A stretch of 64,000 bases of DNA from positions 4,124,485-4,188,484 of the forward strand of contig NC_134027.1 of the NCBI RefSeq assembly GCF_964204645.1. Direction: 5' to 3'. Positions 61,256 to 64,000 of the stretch are shown piece by piece. A program made the position numbers and the translations under genes. The stretch is from Tubulanus polymorphus. Lineage: Eukaryota; Animalia; Nemertea. Under the pieces are notes generated by a model. That model searched no databases and was not told the DNA's origin. It saw only the letters and a program-made list of their open reading frames with translations. How positions within the stretch are numbered: the stretch's first letter is position 1; each line of letters begins with the position of its first letter.

Positions 61256-64000
61256 TTAATTGAACTGCGGTGGATAAGTCTTGGGAATTCACAATTCACC
61301 GGATTTTACTTCATTGACGTCAATTTCCTTACAAGTTATACGAAAAAGCGCGGAGAAAGTGAAAAGCAAAAACGTTGATACGTTTTACTATATGGCAAGC
61401 GATACTGAATTCCCGACGATTAGTCCCAAAAAAGAAACACATGAAGAACCTAATAATCTATACTGCGTATGTACATGGCGAAATAAATATTATAATCTGA
61501 AGACTTTGATGAAATTAATTGTACGCTGAAATTCAAATGTATCGGCCTAGTACTAAACCTATCAACAAAAAATGAAAAAAATAATCTCATCTCAAGACTG
61601 ACCGGAAAATCATATAATTGTTCGATGAATCTAAACGGAATTTTCACAAACGTGCTCTCATTGGCATTTGGAGATGACAATTTGCGCGGTAAAATAATAT
61701 GTTCTGCCCATTGACTGATTGCCAGAGTAGCTTTCTATTAGTGTATGAAAAGTCCGCTTACGTTGAGCATAGCGGCAGCACCTCGCGGTCTATTGAGCTT
61801 ACTGATAGAATGATAACCATAATACTTCATTCATGTTAATCAATGCTTACTAGTGTATAATCCTCGATGCTCTTCCGAATTGGCATGCATATTCTACTAT
61901 CACTCATAGATTCTGACAAATTTTCTTATATGATTTTATTTTGATTAGCGGACTGCGTAGCTGAAGTTCTGCAAATTCTGAACTATCCAATCATTTTTCA
62001 CCCTCATCAGTTCCATATAGATGTAGTTCCAATGAAATGATAATAACACAAGGCCGTGGTTTAGACTTTCTTGGAAATGTATATAAATTATATTTTATTT
62101 ATTTACAGTTGACTTTCTTACAAAAAGGGGAAGTAATGTTACGTTATGTTGTGTCTGACTATTTTGATAAAGACAGACTGACTATTCTCATTTATTCACA
62201 AACATCATTCAAACTCTTACATTATATTTACATTTTGCCCTAGTTTTGGAAGAACGTCATTCCAAATCATTCTTTCTCATTTTTACTCCTGTGACAAAGT
62301 TCTTATGCACAATCAATCCTCATCCAAAAGCAGATCTATTAAAAATAAGTTAGTGTTATCTCTTCTTTCAATGAATCCTTCATGTACTCAAAAAAGATAA
62401 TTGTGAGTGATGGACTCAGGAACCAGTAAATCATATTCTAGTTATTGCATTTTACAAAGGTACAGACAAAAATTCATTACATGGAAATTTCACCAAGCAG
62501 CACAATATACAAATTCAGCACAGACCATACATACAGTTTATATACGATTTTCAAATTGTCTTAACTGCCTCCATGAAATTTGAAGAATTTTTATTTCAGA
62601 CAAGTTATGAGGTAGATATAAACATTCCCACCACACATAATTGTACGAAATCTATCGGTTAACCAATAGAAAGTCTCTTTCCTCGAAAATAGTTTAAGAA
62701 TAATTTCCACAAGTAACCGATAACACCACTGCCTTAAGAGAATTTACTCGACGATTTAAGCGACGATCAGTCATTTTGACAAAGCACTAAATTCACAATG
62801 AGAACAATGAACAAATTAGGACAGATCCGTGCATAACGATCAAATTTGGATGAACACGCAACAAAACAAAATTGGAAAAAAGTTGCATCTCCGTGGTTAT
62901 TGGTTAGGGTCAAAATCAATTTCAAGTCAAACTTAAATGACAGCTATGGAACCAGAGTAATTGAACTCCAACGACCAACAAATTAAAAATACCAAGGACA
63001 ACAAAACAGATGCATTTCAAACAAATTATCAGTAATCTAACAAAATCAGTTCATCAATTATCAATACATAACAAATACTACTCACACAATTCATACATTT
63101 CACAAACTTTAACATGATTCACACGCAATTAAATACACTTCAAATAATGCTGAAACAATACATATATAAATATATATATATATTAGTAGCATGATGAAAA
63201 TTATAGGCAGTTTGTTAATAAATACCTAACGCTGGTTTTTTTTAAATATTGTTCTATTATTATTGAATAAACACCCCTTCATATCATATATACACCGTAA
63301 TATACAACATTGTACTTTCATTCTGTGAATTGAAGCATTTTCAGTCTTCAGATTTGAGGAATTTCATGTTTTTCTTCCTCACTTGGCTAGGTATAAGTGA
63401 AATGGTGTCGAGTAGCACATGGTTAACAGTCTAATGAAGAATGCATACACTAGTGGTAATCATACTCAGATGATTAGATGATCAATGTCCGAATCACTTT
63501 CTATTCGTAAAAAACATATCCAATTCTATCTATAATACCGGTTAGCAGTTGTCAGTTTGAATTATCAAAAGTAGTTTTTTTTTCAGAAAGTCTCATTTAG
63601 GACATCTTTTTTTTCAGAGAATCGCATGGCACTAATCATAAGAATTGGTTAAATTTGATATTTTGAAAAAATCCAGCCCATCTTATTACATGAATAAATC
63701 TTCTTTTTAGACACAAAAATAGGTTACACCAGCAGATGGTATATGATTCCATAATTCGTCATGATAATAATAATTTTTCCTTCAAATTAACCTATCAACT
63801 CTAGATTCAGTGTTCAAGATGCAATGACTTCAACCATCAATTAAGAGATCAAAAACACATTGAATTGAAAATTGCTATAATTCATACCGTAATCAAGAAA
63901 AATATCCAGGGAGCTGGAAGCTGAATATACAAAATATGCCTAGATGTCATAAATCTGAAACAATGTTTTATATTCCATTTCCATAGATGCGTATTATAAT

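Noticed and set aside
61700-64000. Possible 3' UTR of a minus-strand gene lying beyond the window
   Set aside because: Only base composition suggests it; no coding exon is visible.

Overview
AT-rich, intron-rich animal genomic DNA (inferred invertebrate, lophotrochozoan-like; species not determinable). Five protein genes are present. (1) An IQSEC/BRAG Arf-GEF on + (IQ-Sec7-PH, C-terminal PDZ ligand TEV), with several candidate alternative first exons in the first 18 kb, one encoding MGACCTKRKKRQ. (2) CCDC77 on -, head-to-head with (3) a complete KDM5/lid histone H3K4 demethylase on +. (4) A small secreted PAN/apple-domain gene. (5) An SLC17/sialin-like transporter with frame disruptions. Between IQSEC and CCDC77 is a threefold ~1.4 kb tandem duplication carrying a Penelope GIY-YIG remnant and a LINE 3' insertion; several MITEs are scattered through the window. 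The standout observation is in the KDM5 JmjC domain. The 89-nt exon carrying the Fe-binding HxE motif is tandemly duplicated, with geometry that forces mutually exclusive splicing. One copy replaces the conserved 2-oxoglutarate-contacting Asn (SINYLH -> SISYNH). The following intron folds into nested long-range RNA stems. All exon models and pairings were read by eye and are not supported by RNA data.
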